Position numbers and translations under genes: made by a program. From Selaginella moellendorffii (Eukaryota; Plantae; Lycopodiophyta), in assembly GCF_000143415.4 (NCBI RefSeq), contig NW_003314296.1, positions 911,645 through 975,644 of the forward strand: a stretch of 64,000 bases of DNA. Direction: 5' to 3'. The notes under the pieces were generated by a model. That model had not been told where the DNA came from. It saw only the letters and a list, made by a program, of their open reading frames with translations, and searched no databases. Positions 52,401 through 63,159 of the stretch are shown piece after piece. Positions within the stretch are counted from its first letter, which is position 1; each line of letters begins with the position of its first letter.

Positions 52401-53736
52401 GGAATGTTTCACATCCATCTTATAAGCCCAAGAGCAAGCTCGCACATTACGGTACAAAAAGGTAACCAAACTCCATACCCAAGGAACAATTGCGAAGTTT
52501 TTGCACCCAAACGTGTACCCACTCGGATCATCATTTTCATCTCTGCGTATGTAATAAGACTAGTTGTCTAATCTCATTGGATAGCGCTCGCTGAGATGTA
52601 TCCTCTAATACCAAATGTAGCGCATGTGGTTTTTACCCTTTATTCTATAATGAATTACCATCATATAACACCACGAAGCGGAATCTAAACCCTCCATGTG
52701 CCACGTGTTATATGCCATGTGTCATATGCCATGTGTCCATAGGATAGTGGTGTGGAACCCGAGGTTCAGGACCTTGGGCCACTAAACAAAGGAATGGTGC
52801 CAAACTCCCAAGCATAGAGCCAAGGAGTGACGGAACCGGACCATGGAGCAACTCCCGAGCATACAGCCCAAAGAGCGAAGGGACAAAAGCCCAGAACGAT
52901 TTGGAACAGTCCTGGAGCAACCAACATCCCAATGCCAGGACCAGCATATAAAATGGAGCCAAACGGAGTCTGACGCTATTTCGGCATATCGATGGCTTAA
53001 TGCAAGGACATGGGTACTTCACTAGCTAGCATAGTGTAGAATTTGGGCTTAGACCCAAGTCAGACGCAGAACAAAGACAGGCACACTTAGACTATGCCTC
53101 AAGTTAGTTGGCTATGCTCGACCTACCCACTATCTCTACTATACATTTGGAACCCCCCATAGTCCCCCCTTGAGGAACACACACTTTGGGCTTTCACCCC
53201 AAACCTCCCTTAGTATCAGGAGTTAATCTTTGGGACAAGCTTGAAACTTACTAAATATGGAATGTCCTTAGATTGCGAATTTGGACACAGGACAAGCACT
53301 ATTGTGTTCAAGACAATCTCTACTTTCCGTAGATATGCTAAATGAGCAAATCTGGACACTTTTCATATATAGCATTTGGGACCAAAGTGAGACTAACATA
53401 AAGGGCATGATAGTGAGGGTGTTTGGCAAACACGGTAAATTATCATCTAACGAATATTGAAGGACCAATCTTAATATTGTAAGAGTTCCCAACACTAGCA
53501 AGTGCAAGTCAACGAATAAGTTTCTCTAACCAGGTCAAGTATGTTTGACTAAATAGACATTTAGAAATTCCTTCCTTATGCTCATCTGGTCAAGTACACA
53601 CGCGAAGACCAACTTAGGCGGAGATTGATAACGAGTCCAGCAATATCGACCTCCTGCTATCGTGGCAGTAAGGAAAGAGTGTCCATAAGGACTGGCTGAC
53701 AGGTAACTTTTGATACCTGAAGTCACATTCACGACA
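46403..53736 (-). mobile_element. Long-LTR retrotransposon (family B, gypsy/chromovirus-like or LARD), decayed interior
   Basis: LTRs 46403-47535 and 52616-53736 (TG...CA), TSD ATAAT on both sides, degenerate tRNA-Met PBS (TGGTATTAGAG) beside 52616, PPT beside 47535. Confidence 0.9.
47602..48276 (+). mobile_element. TRIM (675 bp) with apparently identical 162-bp LTRs
   Basis: LTRs 47602-47763 and 48115-48276, termini TGTAGCGCA/TGCGCTACA, PBS TGGTATCAGAG, PPT GAAGGGGGGGTGAG, TSD CAAAG. Confidence 0.95.
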
Positions 53737-54999
53737 ATAATAAACAATCTTAAAATCATATATTTGAAGTTTCAAAACCCATCAAGAAAAATGAACAACC
53801 AAATTATTTTGCTTTAATAATAAAGTAAATGCAGCATGATCACCTTCTAGTTTATTTAGTGAATTAATGACTTCTCTCTAGACAATCCAGAAAATCAACA
53901 GTATAAGGAAGAGGGTACACATCTAGGATAATCATTTTATTACAAACGATAGTTGATGCAGAAACGAATACTCCCATTAAACTTTGTGATAAGATGAGGT
54001 TCACACACCCAAGGACTCTGTAACTTTTGAATAACACCTTTTTTAACATTTTCTTGACGTTTACACATAAAATCTTGATCTCCTTTGGTGACTAACAATG
54101 TATAGAAACCTTGATTGAACAAGCATCCCCAATTGGAATAGAATGCAGTGTTGCAATCTTAGCCCCAAACAACAAATCAAATTTGAAGAGATCAACATAC
54201 TCCTTCATAAACTAGTCAACCACTACAACATAAAGATTGTTAAGGGAACTAAAGAGGGAATAGAGGAACAAGATGAAAACATAAGAGCAAATAATGGGGA
54301 GACAAAAGTGATGGAAGCAGATGTAAAAGAAAAGGAATGAAGAGAAATAAAAATGAGAGGAATAGAAGAAATATAAAAAAGTATAAAACAAATAGGAGAA
54401 GCATTAAAATCACACTTGGCATGATTATACCACAACCAATTTATATTAAGGATGAAGTCAAATGCTTGATTCAGCACTACTCGCAATAATTGAAACTCAA
54501 GCTCAATATCACTTACATACACAACTAGGTTTGCCTCATCCTATGCATATGTATATGTATGCCATTGCTATAAATAATGAAAACTAACTTTGCTACATGA
54601 CACAAATGTAGATGGCAATATGTGGCAACTGGTTGAATAATAGAAGATAAACTTGAGTCTATATCAACTAACATGGAGAGAGTAATAAAAAACCTCTTGT
54701 TATAAAAACAAACTTAGAAGTAAACACTATAGGAATTGGTGCTGAGAGAACCCTTTTATGATACTCTTGAAAGAATAATGAAAAAGTCATTGACTTATTC
54801 GCACAAAGACCATTCACTACTCATATGACTTTTTTATTTTCCAAAAGAATCTCTATATCAAGATCTTCCACTGCAATAACACTAATAAGATGTTGATGCT
54901 AATGCCTACACCCAGGAAATGAAGGATACCAATTTGGAAAATGCTAAGAATGCATATATATGTGACCAACCTCATCACACACCCAGTAGTGGACATCAC

Positions 55000-55080
55000 T
55001 GTCATAAATGTGATTGTGGGTATCAAAAGTTACTTGTCAACAAGTCCTTTTGGATATCCTTTCCTTATTATCACGACAAT
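55000..55080 (+). mobile_element. Truncated 5' end of a third family-B LTR
   Basis: tgtcataaatgtga..gtatcaaaagttac..tttccttattatcacga matches the reverse complement of 53660-53736. Confidence 0.75.
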
Positions 55081-55562
55081 TTATACCAAAATGCTACTTG
55101 TGGTGATAAGTTGAAAGTGCATAATGCCATGGTAAGGCTTATTTCTCTCTATATTCTATAGCTTGCTAGATTCAGACTCATGACTAATCACGTGGTGACT
55201 TTATAGCAAAGTGCTATGATAAGTGGATTAATATCGCAATAACATTATAGCAAAATGCTACTTGTGATGTGTGATGATGAGCTGATCTCTTTTTTCCACA
55301 GCATGTTGGATTCAGACTCTGGACTAATCACTTAGTTACATTATAGCAATATACTGTTTATGGTGATGAGCTGGAAGTGCACAAGGCCATGGTAAGGCTT
55401 GCTCCTCTTTATTTTCTACAACTTACTGTACTTAAACTTGAGATTAGTCACTCATCCACTTTATAGCAAAATGTTACTTGTCATGATGAGTAGAGTAATC
55501 ATATGACGAATTTACAGCAAAATGCTACTTATGGTGATAAATTGGAAGTGCATAAAGCCATA

Positions 55563-56176
55563 TGTAAGTAATTAAAGAAAATGACTTAAGAAACAATTCA
55601 TAAAGGTTTAAATATAAAAGGAAAGGGCTCATAAATAGGAGTGCACCCCCTTTTCCAATCAGTTAAAGGTTTTGGGATATTTAAGGTTAAGTGTCTTTGG
55701 GTTTGAATAGTATTGGGCAGGGTTAAACATCTTTAAGCTTGAATAATATTGAGCTGGATAATCTTTTAAAAATTCCAAATTCAAGAGTTTACATTTGGTA
55801 TTAAAGGGGTCTTAAGTCTGACTCTGTTAGTTAGCTAAAGGAATCACTGTTAGTTAGTTAGGGGAATCACACCACATATTGATATTGATATCTAGCAAAT
55901 CCAATTTACCTAATCCGAGAGGTAAAGTGTCAAGAGAGTGGGGCTCTTGGGAGAGCTGTGGCTCTTAACTTTTGTTTAGGGAAGCATAGTGGATTCTAGA
56001 TAACCAATGAGAATAATTTGAGACACAATCCCTAAAGGTTTAAATATAAAGGGAAAAGGCCCATAAATAAGAATACACCGGTTAAGGGTCTTAAGATATT
56101 TAGGGTTAAGTGTCTTTATATTTGAATAATATTAGGCTAGATGTCCTTTTGGGAAGTCCAAATTCAAAAGTTTACA
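55563..56176 (+). mobile_element. Old TRIM-like element inserted in the array
   Basis: LTR1 55563-55793, PBS-like TGGTATTAAAG, LTR2 ending TTTACA at 56176; decayed TSD CCATA/TCATG derived from the array's CCATG. Confidence 0.75.
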
Positions 56177-57159
56177 TCATGGTAAAGCTTGCTCCTCTAT
56201 TTTTTTCCAACTCGCTAGATTCAATCTCAAGACTAATCATTTAGTGATATTACAATAATATGCTAATTATAGTGATGAGTTGCAAGTGCATAAGACCATG
56301 GTATGGCTTGCTCCTCTATATTTACTGCATTCAAACTAAGGATTAATCACTCATTCACTTTATAGCAAAATGCTACTTGTGGTGATAAATTGGAAGTGCA
56401 CAAGGCCATGTTAAGGCTTGATCCTTCCTATTTTTTGCAGCTTGTTAGATTTAGACTCATGAGTAATCACTCAGTGATGTTACAATAAAATGCTACTTAT
56501 GGTGATGAGTTGGAAGTGCATAAGGCCATGGTATGGATTATTGCTCCCTATTTTTTGCAGTTTCCTAGATTCAAACTCTAAAGTTAGTAGTTAGTGGCAT
56601 TACAGCAAGATATTGCTTATGGTGAAAAGCTAGAAGTGCAAAAAGCCATGGTACGGTTTGCTTCTCTATACTTTCTGTTGCTAGCTGGATATAGATTTAG
56701 GACTAATGGCTAGGTGATGTTATCGCAAAATGTTGCTTGTGGAGAGGAGTTGGAAGTACACAAGGCTATGGTAAGGTTTGCTCCTCTTTTTTTTTGCTCA
56801 CTACAAACAGCATTTTGCTATAACATCACTAAGTGATTAGTCTCAAGTTGGAATTCAATGAGCTTGAGCTGGAAGTGCACGAGGCCATGGTAAAGCTTAC
56901 TCCTCTCTATTTTCTGCAGCTTGTTGGACTCAAACTCATGACCAATCACTCATTCTCTTTATAGCAAAATATTACTTATCATGACGTAGGGATTAATCAC
57001 GTAGTGACTTTATAGCAAAATGTTGCTTGTGGTGACAAGCTGAAAGTGCATGATGCCATGGTAAAACTTTCTTCTCACTATTTTCTATAGCTTGCTGTAT
57101 TTAGACTTAGAACTAATCAAGTGGTTACTCTATAAGACAATGCTGCTTATTATAACAAG

Positions 57160-57305
57160 CTACTATACTCAAATTCAATGACATTTAACCCTAAATATCC
57201 CAATACCCTTAACTGATTAGGAAAAAGAGTGCATTTTTTTTCATAGACTTTCTATTTTTGAACCTTTATAAATTGTATCCTGAATTTTATGTTTATTTGC
57301 TTGCA
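57160..57305 (-). mobile_element. Reverse-oriented LTR fragment of the same old TRIM
   Basis: ttaaccctaaatatcccaatacccttaactgattaggaaaaagagtgca is the reverse complement of the 55640-55690 LTR core. Confidence 0.65.
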
Positions 57306-59445
57306 ATAAGCTAAAATTGTATGAGACCATGGTAAGGCTTGCTCCTCTCTATTCTTTGGATTCAAACTCTAAATTAATCATTTAATGACTTTACAGCAAA
57401 ATATTGCTTATGTTGACGAACTAGAAATGCATAATATATGGTAAAGCTTTTTACTCTCTTTTTCTGTAGCTCTCTAAATTTAGAGTTGGGATTAATCAAG
57501 TGGTGACTTTACAACAAAATACTACTTGTGGTGATGAGTTGAAAGTGCATGAGGCTGCAACTCTCTAGATTCAAACTCGGAACTAATCACTTGGTAATAT
57601 TATAGCAAAATGTATAAGTGCACATGGCTATGGTAAAGCTTGCTCCTCTATTTTTTCTACAACTCATTAGATTCAGACTCAAGACTAATCATATTGTGCC
57701 TTTAAAGTTTAATTACTATTTATGGTGACGAGCTGAAAGTGCATGATGTCATGATAAGGTTTGCTTCTCTTTATTTTCTATAGCTCACTTGTTACTGGTG
57801 ATTTTACAACAAAATGCTACTTGTTATAATGAGTGAACTAATTTAATAGTGATATTACAGCAAAATGATGGTTGTGGTGATGAATTGAAAGTGCATAATC
57901 TCATGGTAAGGCTTGTTGCTCTCTATTTTTTACAGCTCTCTAAATTCAGACTTAAAACTAATTATGTATTGAATTTATAGCAAAATCTTGCTTCTTGTGA
58001 TCAGCAGACGAAACATACAATGATTTTTCAACAAAATACTATTTATTGTGACTAGCTAAAAGTGCATAAACCCAATATAAAGTTTATTTTTCACTATTTT
58101 CTGCAACTCATTAAATTCAAACTTGGGACTAATCACATAATGACTTTATAATATAATATTGTTTGTGGTGATGAGTTAGAAGTGCATAAAGCCATGGTAA
58201 AGTTTACTCCTTTCTATATTTTACAGCTTGTTGTACTCATGCTCAAAATTAATCATTCATTCACTTTAGAATAAAATGTTACTTGTGGTGACAAACTACA
58301 AATGCACAAAGCTATGGTAATGTTTGCTTTTTTCTATTTTCTGCAACTCATTGGATTTAGATTTGGGATTAATCACTTGATGACATTATAGCAAAAAATT
58401 GCTTGTGGTAATGAGCTGGTATTGCACGAGGCCATAGAAGGCTTACTCCTCACTATTTTTTGCAACTTGCTAGATTCAAACTTGGAACTAATTACTTGTT
58501 AACTTTATAGCAAAATGTTAATTGTCGTGATAAGTGGACTAATCACACAGTGACTCTACAGAAAAATACTACTTATGGTGATGAGCTGAAAGTGCATGAC
58601 GCCATGGTAAAACTTGCTTCTTACTATTTTCTATAGCTTGCTGGATTTAGACTTAGAACTAATCACATGGTGAATTTACAAAAAATTGTTACTTGTTATG
58701 ATGAGTAGACTAATATGGCATTAACATTATAGCAAAATGCTACTTATGGTGATAAGCTGAAAGTGCACGAAGCCATGGTAAGGCTTCCTCTCTATTTTTT
58801 TTCAGCTTGCTGGATTCAGACTTAGGAATAATTACTCATTTGACTTTATAACAAAATACTCCTTGTCATAATGAGTGGACTAATTTGGTAGTGACATGAC
58901 AGTAAAATGATGCTTGTGGTGACAAGCTAAAAATGCACAAAGCCATAGTAAAGTTTGTTTTTCTATTTTTGGATTGAGACTCGGAACTAATCACTTACTT
59001 GTGATGATAGCTGAAGCCATAATAAGGTTTGCTCCTCTCTATTTTTCTGCAACTTGCAAAATTCAAATTTTAGACTAATCATATGCTGACTTTACACCAA
59101 AATGCTACTTAAAGTGATGAGCTGAAAGTACACAAGGCCATGGTAAAACATACTCCTCTCTATTTTTTTCAGCTCATTAGATTTAGACTCAAGACTAATC
59201 ACTCTGTGATGTTATAGCAAAATACTATTTGTAAGCCATGGTAAGACTTATTCCTCCCTATTTTCTTCAACTCACTGGATTCAAACTCAAAATTAATTAC
59301 TTGGTGATGTTACAACAAAATGCTGTTTATTGTGAAAGTGCACGGCCATGGTAAGTCCTACTCTCTATTTTTTTGAGCTCACTAAATTCAGACTCAAGAT
59401 TAATCACTTCAAGTGACTATTTGTGGTGACAAGCCAGAAGTGCAT

Positions 59446-61190
59446 CAACCCCGACCCAGACACCAATGGCTCCAGCCTTTGGAGTTTCGATGCAGGCATT
59501 TGGTAGCAGCACTCCAGTTTTTGGAAGTCTTGCATTTCCAGCTTTTGGTAGCACGACTCCATCAGCTGCTGTGGAGGCTGACCAAAGACAGGAGTTTGGC
59601 CAAACTGCAGAGCTGGAGTTCCAAACATGGACAAAGAAAGCTGTGCTTGGCCGAACAAGGGACTTCTTTGAGTTTGTCCAACAGTGACGAGGAGCCTGAA
59701 GAGTCCAAACTGTGAACAAAGAGAAGGAGGAAGAAAAACATACATACTTGGTGTGCCGAACAAGGACGTGCTTCCAAATGCTGGTGTGCTGCTCAAACCA
59801 AACGCTGGAGTGGGCCAGTTGACAGCACCTTTGGCAGTACCCCTTCCGGAGAGGGAAGGATTAGACTTTGTTTAGCTACTTTCTTACTCTGACTAGTGCT
59901 TGCTGGTTCTACAGGCAATTTGTGATGCCTATGCTAATTTTCGTTATGCATTCAAGGTAAGAGAAGTGTATTATGCTGTGAGACTCACCACCATTTTGTA
60001 TGCAACATCTTTTGCTTAGTGTCATGGCGCCTTCTCAGCAATTCAAACCTCCAGGCGTTTCTGATGTAAACATGAATCATGATTTAGAGTATATGTGTAA
60101 CTTTTTGCTTCTCTTTTTTCCTAGACCATGTGGGCCGAAGTGATGAGCAAGCTTGAGAAGATGGGAACCGAAGATAGGGAGTGGCTATACCCAGAGCTGC
60201 TGTTGGGATTCAAAGACCTTTCAAAGCGACTTCAGGTGAGGTTTCCCTTGAGTTGAACTTTCTGTTACAATCGTTTTTAGGCTGACATGTGTCATGAGGC
60301 AGCTGCAAGACGAGGCAATCTCTTCAGATACGAACAGGCTGCAGGCTACTGAAAGCAACATGAAGCTGGTGAGCTTTGGATGCCACTGTGCCTTGTATCT
60401 TAGCTCTCCCGTTTTTTTGCAGTTGCAAAGACATTTCCAGGTCATCATATTACCTTGGCTCCAACGGTTCAGACTCAAGGAGCAGCAGCTGCAACGGAAG
60501 CTGTTAAAGGTCTGTTTCTTTTTCCAAGAGCGTGGTGGTTTTCTAGCTTGTTTTCTTTTTCACAGCTTACGAGAATAATCGAAAGGCTTGAAGCGAAGGG
60601 CTTATGGATGCCTTTGACAAGGTCTGAAACACTTCTGGAAGAAAAGTTACGAACGCTGGCACGACAAGTAAGTCTTTCTTTGATACAACATAGGAACTTA
60701 AGCGTACCCTTACTTTCTCAACGACAGAGCTTCCAAGGAAAGTGGACTCGGTCTTGTCGATTTCACGCCTGTGCGCAGGTGTAGGAAATGCATCGTTTCT
60801 ACCAGGCCAACTCGATGAGCAAAGCTTGACTGACATTCAAGAGGTGCAGTCTTTTGTTTCCAATGGTAGCTCTCCATTCTTATCAGAGCGTGTTTGTATC
60901 TCAACGACAGAACTTCCAAGCAAAGTGAACTCGGTCTTGTCGATTTCACGCCTGTGTGCAGGTGTAGGAAATGCATCGTTTCTACCAGGCCAACTCGATG
61001 AGCAAAGCTTGACTGACATTCAAGAGGTGCAGTCTTTTGTTTCCAATGGTAGCTCTCCATTCTTATCAGGACGTGTTTGTATTCCAGGTTCTACGCAAGC
61101 AAACTGAAGCTATATCACGTCTTGCTGGTGTGCTCAATGAGAGACATCGAGATTATAACTGAGGACGAAGGTCGCCTAATGGGCACCGAC
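59446..61190 (+). pseudogene. NUP54: Nucleoporin NUP54 pseudogene (internal inversion and duplicated exon)
   Basis: FG repeats; YAFK.HLLLSV..KPPGVSD.MWAEVMSKLE..GFKDLSKRLQLQDE..LQRHFQ..LPWLQRFRLKEQQLQRKLL..DEQSLTDIQEVLRKQTEAISRLAGVL; damaged splice sites. Confidence 0.85.
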
Positions 61191-61360
61191 TTAAGCAGAG
61201 CCAAGGCCTGAGCAGCCGTGGGCTTTGCTTCCTCCAATAGGTATTTTTGAGAGCTTGTACCGTAATTTCTGGATCCCGAGCCCGGGTATTTTTGTAGATC
61301 AATCTTGCACGATATCTTTCGCTCTTTGTGTTAGCTAAATGAAAATCTAACAACTAATTA

Positions 61361-61433
61361 ACGTGTAAAGCGCAGTGGATAGAGCGTCTGTTTTCGGAGC
61401 AGAAAGTCACAGGTTCGAACCCTGTCCATCGCG
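61361..61433 (+). pseudogene. tRNA-Arg(TCG)-derived pseudogene or SINE head
   Basis: D arm, anticodon arm TCTGT-TTTCGGA-GCAGA and T arm ACAGG-TTCGAAC-CCTGT intact; acceptor stem pairs only 2 of 7. Confidence 0.7.
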
Positions 61434-61650
61434 CTCGCTCATATTAGCTCAACTAGTGCTAATACCAGGTCATGGGCCAAATATTTTTCTTGCAATTTAA
61501 AATTTCAGTTGTATTGGTAGTTTTTTCAAGAAAACATTTTTATTTTTTAATTACAAGAAAAATAAAATAAAATTGATCAGCTAAAAAAATCAGATAAAAT
61601 GAAAGCTGGGCATTTTGCTCGCAATTTAAAATTAACTGTTGTTTGTAAAC

Positions 61651-61770
61651 ATTGGTAGTTAACAAGCCTTTTCAAGAAAAAGGGAGAGAAAGAGTTATTA
61701 ATGTATCACCATTGGTAGTTAACAAGCCTTTTCAAGAAAAAGGGAGAGAAATAGCTATTAATGTATCACA
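61651..61770. repeat. 60-bp tandem duplication
   Basis: attggtagttaacaagccttttcaagaaaaagggagagaa at 61651 and ~61710. Confidence 0.9.
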
Positions 61771-62494
61771 CTTTAATCTCACTATATTTCACAATTTCAC
61801 AATCGCTGGTCGACTTACCAGACCTTTCTGCATGGAACCACTGGATCTTCCGCCCCTCGAGTTGGCGCCCTCTCCTGGCGAGCCCGTCCGCTACATTATT
61901 CTCATATACCTTGTCGTGCGCCTTGACTTTGCACAGCCGGATCTCCATCCCGCTCTTTGCTGCCGCACCAACGATGCACTGCAGGAGTGGCTTGAGCTGG
62001 ATACAGTCGGGGTGCTCAGGCCGGCACTGCGCAAACTGCAACAGCTTCAGCGACTGCAAACTGTCCGTGTAGATATTCAGCTTGTTGGACTGCCAGTAAC
62101 CTCGAGCCCTGTACAGCTGCACCGCCGCGATGGAGTCGTGTATTGCAAGAAGCTCCATGTTGAGCGAAGACACGATGAGGCTGTCGACGATAGGGTTGCA
62201 CCAGCCGTTCTCCTGCGGGACTTGCACCGCCATGCCCGTCCCTTTGTGGGACTCCTCTGCCGACAGGAAGTAGACGCCGTACCCTGCCGAGAGCGACTCT
62301 TTATCGAAGGATCCATCAGTGAATACATTCCAAGGAGAAGATGCTTTTATTTCATCAAGTCCTCGCTCACGAGTACAAATGGTAATGGCCCATTTCTGCC
62401 ATGGCTTTCCTAATCTGACTCCTACACCACCAAACACCTTCTTGTTTGCGATGGACACTTCATCCTCGCCAGCTTTGCACTTGAGAGCCATCAT
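61766..62494 (-). CDS. Stand-alone RNase HI-like domain ORF (242 aa)
   Basis: VFTDGS, NMELLAI, IYTDS, KVKAH and NNVADGLAR give a complete D-E-D-H-D set. Confidence 0.75.
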   Translation of the reverse strand: MMALKCKAGEDEVSIANKKVFGGVGVRLGKPWQKWAITICTRERGLDEIKASSPWNVFTDGSFDKESLSAGYGVYFLSAEESHKGTGMAVQVPQENGWCNPIVDSLIVSSLNMELLAIHDSIAAVQLYRARGYWQSNKLNIYTDSLQSLKLLQFAQCRPEHPDCIQLKPLLQCIVGAAAKSGMEIRLCKVKAHDKVYENNVADGLARRGRQLEGRKIQWFHAERSGKSTSDCEIVKYSEIKV

Positions 62495-63159
62495 CTTGTG
62501 CGTCTCGGAAGATTACCCTAAGTTTCGAGGCCTCAATTTCCAAATGTATAGATGGCTTTGGTCGTACGAAAACATTTTCGTACTAGGTAGATGCGAACTC
62601 GCCACCCTGGAGAAACAGATAAAAGAAAAGCATGCAATTGTCCAGCAAGATGAATTGATCGACTAGCCAACTATGACTGCAACAGCAATGAAAAAGTGAA
62701 AGAGGCATTTTCTTCACTGGATGAAAGCCTTCCACTGTAGTGTCCCTTTCCGCAGCCTCTCGGGAACAGCCTGAGACCACTGTATGAGATTGGGGAGGGG
62801 ACCTGTGAAAGCCATCTTGTTACGAAATGATCTATAGATGAGAGAGATTGCTCACCTGTTTGATCCAGCAGCTGCACTCTAGCTCCCGTGAATCAACTGG
62901 GTGAATCCCTGGGCACCTCGAGAATCGCAATGGCATTGTAGAAGCTCATCAGCCTCCAAATCCCATTGCTCCACCGAGAAATCTCTCTCCCTTTTCGACG
63001 AGGACGCGAGGACGCAACATGGGCTGCTATCGCAATACAAGTGGATTAGACCTAACGAGAAGATATAATTCCAACCAATGGATAGTCACTTAAAGTTTAA
63101 GGCTTCGTCTTGTTTTGCTTCGAGATGTTGGCTGGGCTGCGCGTTTGCCTCACCTTTTT

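Larger units (their letters stand above)
44760..54999 (-). mobile_element. Second, heavily decayed copy of gypsy family A, split by a nested insertion
   Basis: 3' LTR ~44760-44921 homologous to 23577-23738, PPT (cttcccctcc) at 44922; integrase region 45130-46400 and RT/protease/gag region 53742-54999 align to 19.2-22.7 kb. Confidence 0.85.
55081..59445 (+). repeat. Tandem array of ~28 degenerate 120-bp units with interspersed ~51-bp short units
   Basis: GCCATGGTA landmark recurs at 56405, 56525, 56645, 56765, 56884 and at 58071, 58191, 58311, 58431 (120-bp period), and at ~170-bp spacing across 58431-58942. Confidence 0.95.

Noticed and set aside
48300-52600. Specific pol domain assignments inside family B
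   Set aside because: Too decayed; only faint chromodomain- and gag-like traces, so the lineage call is left tentative.
55081-59445. Array as a CRISPR-like repeat-spacer locus
   Set aside because: The whole monomer is repeated with no unique spacers, there are no cas genes, and the context is eukaryotic.
61361-61433. Functional tRNA-Arg gene
   Set aside because: The acceptor stem cannot pair and U8 is lost; recorded as a relic instead.
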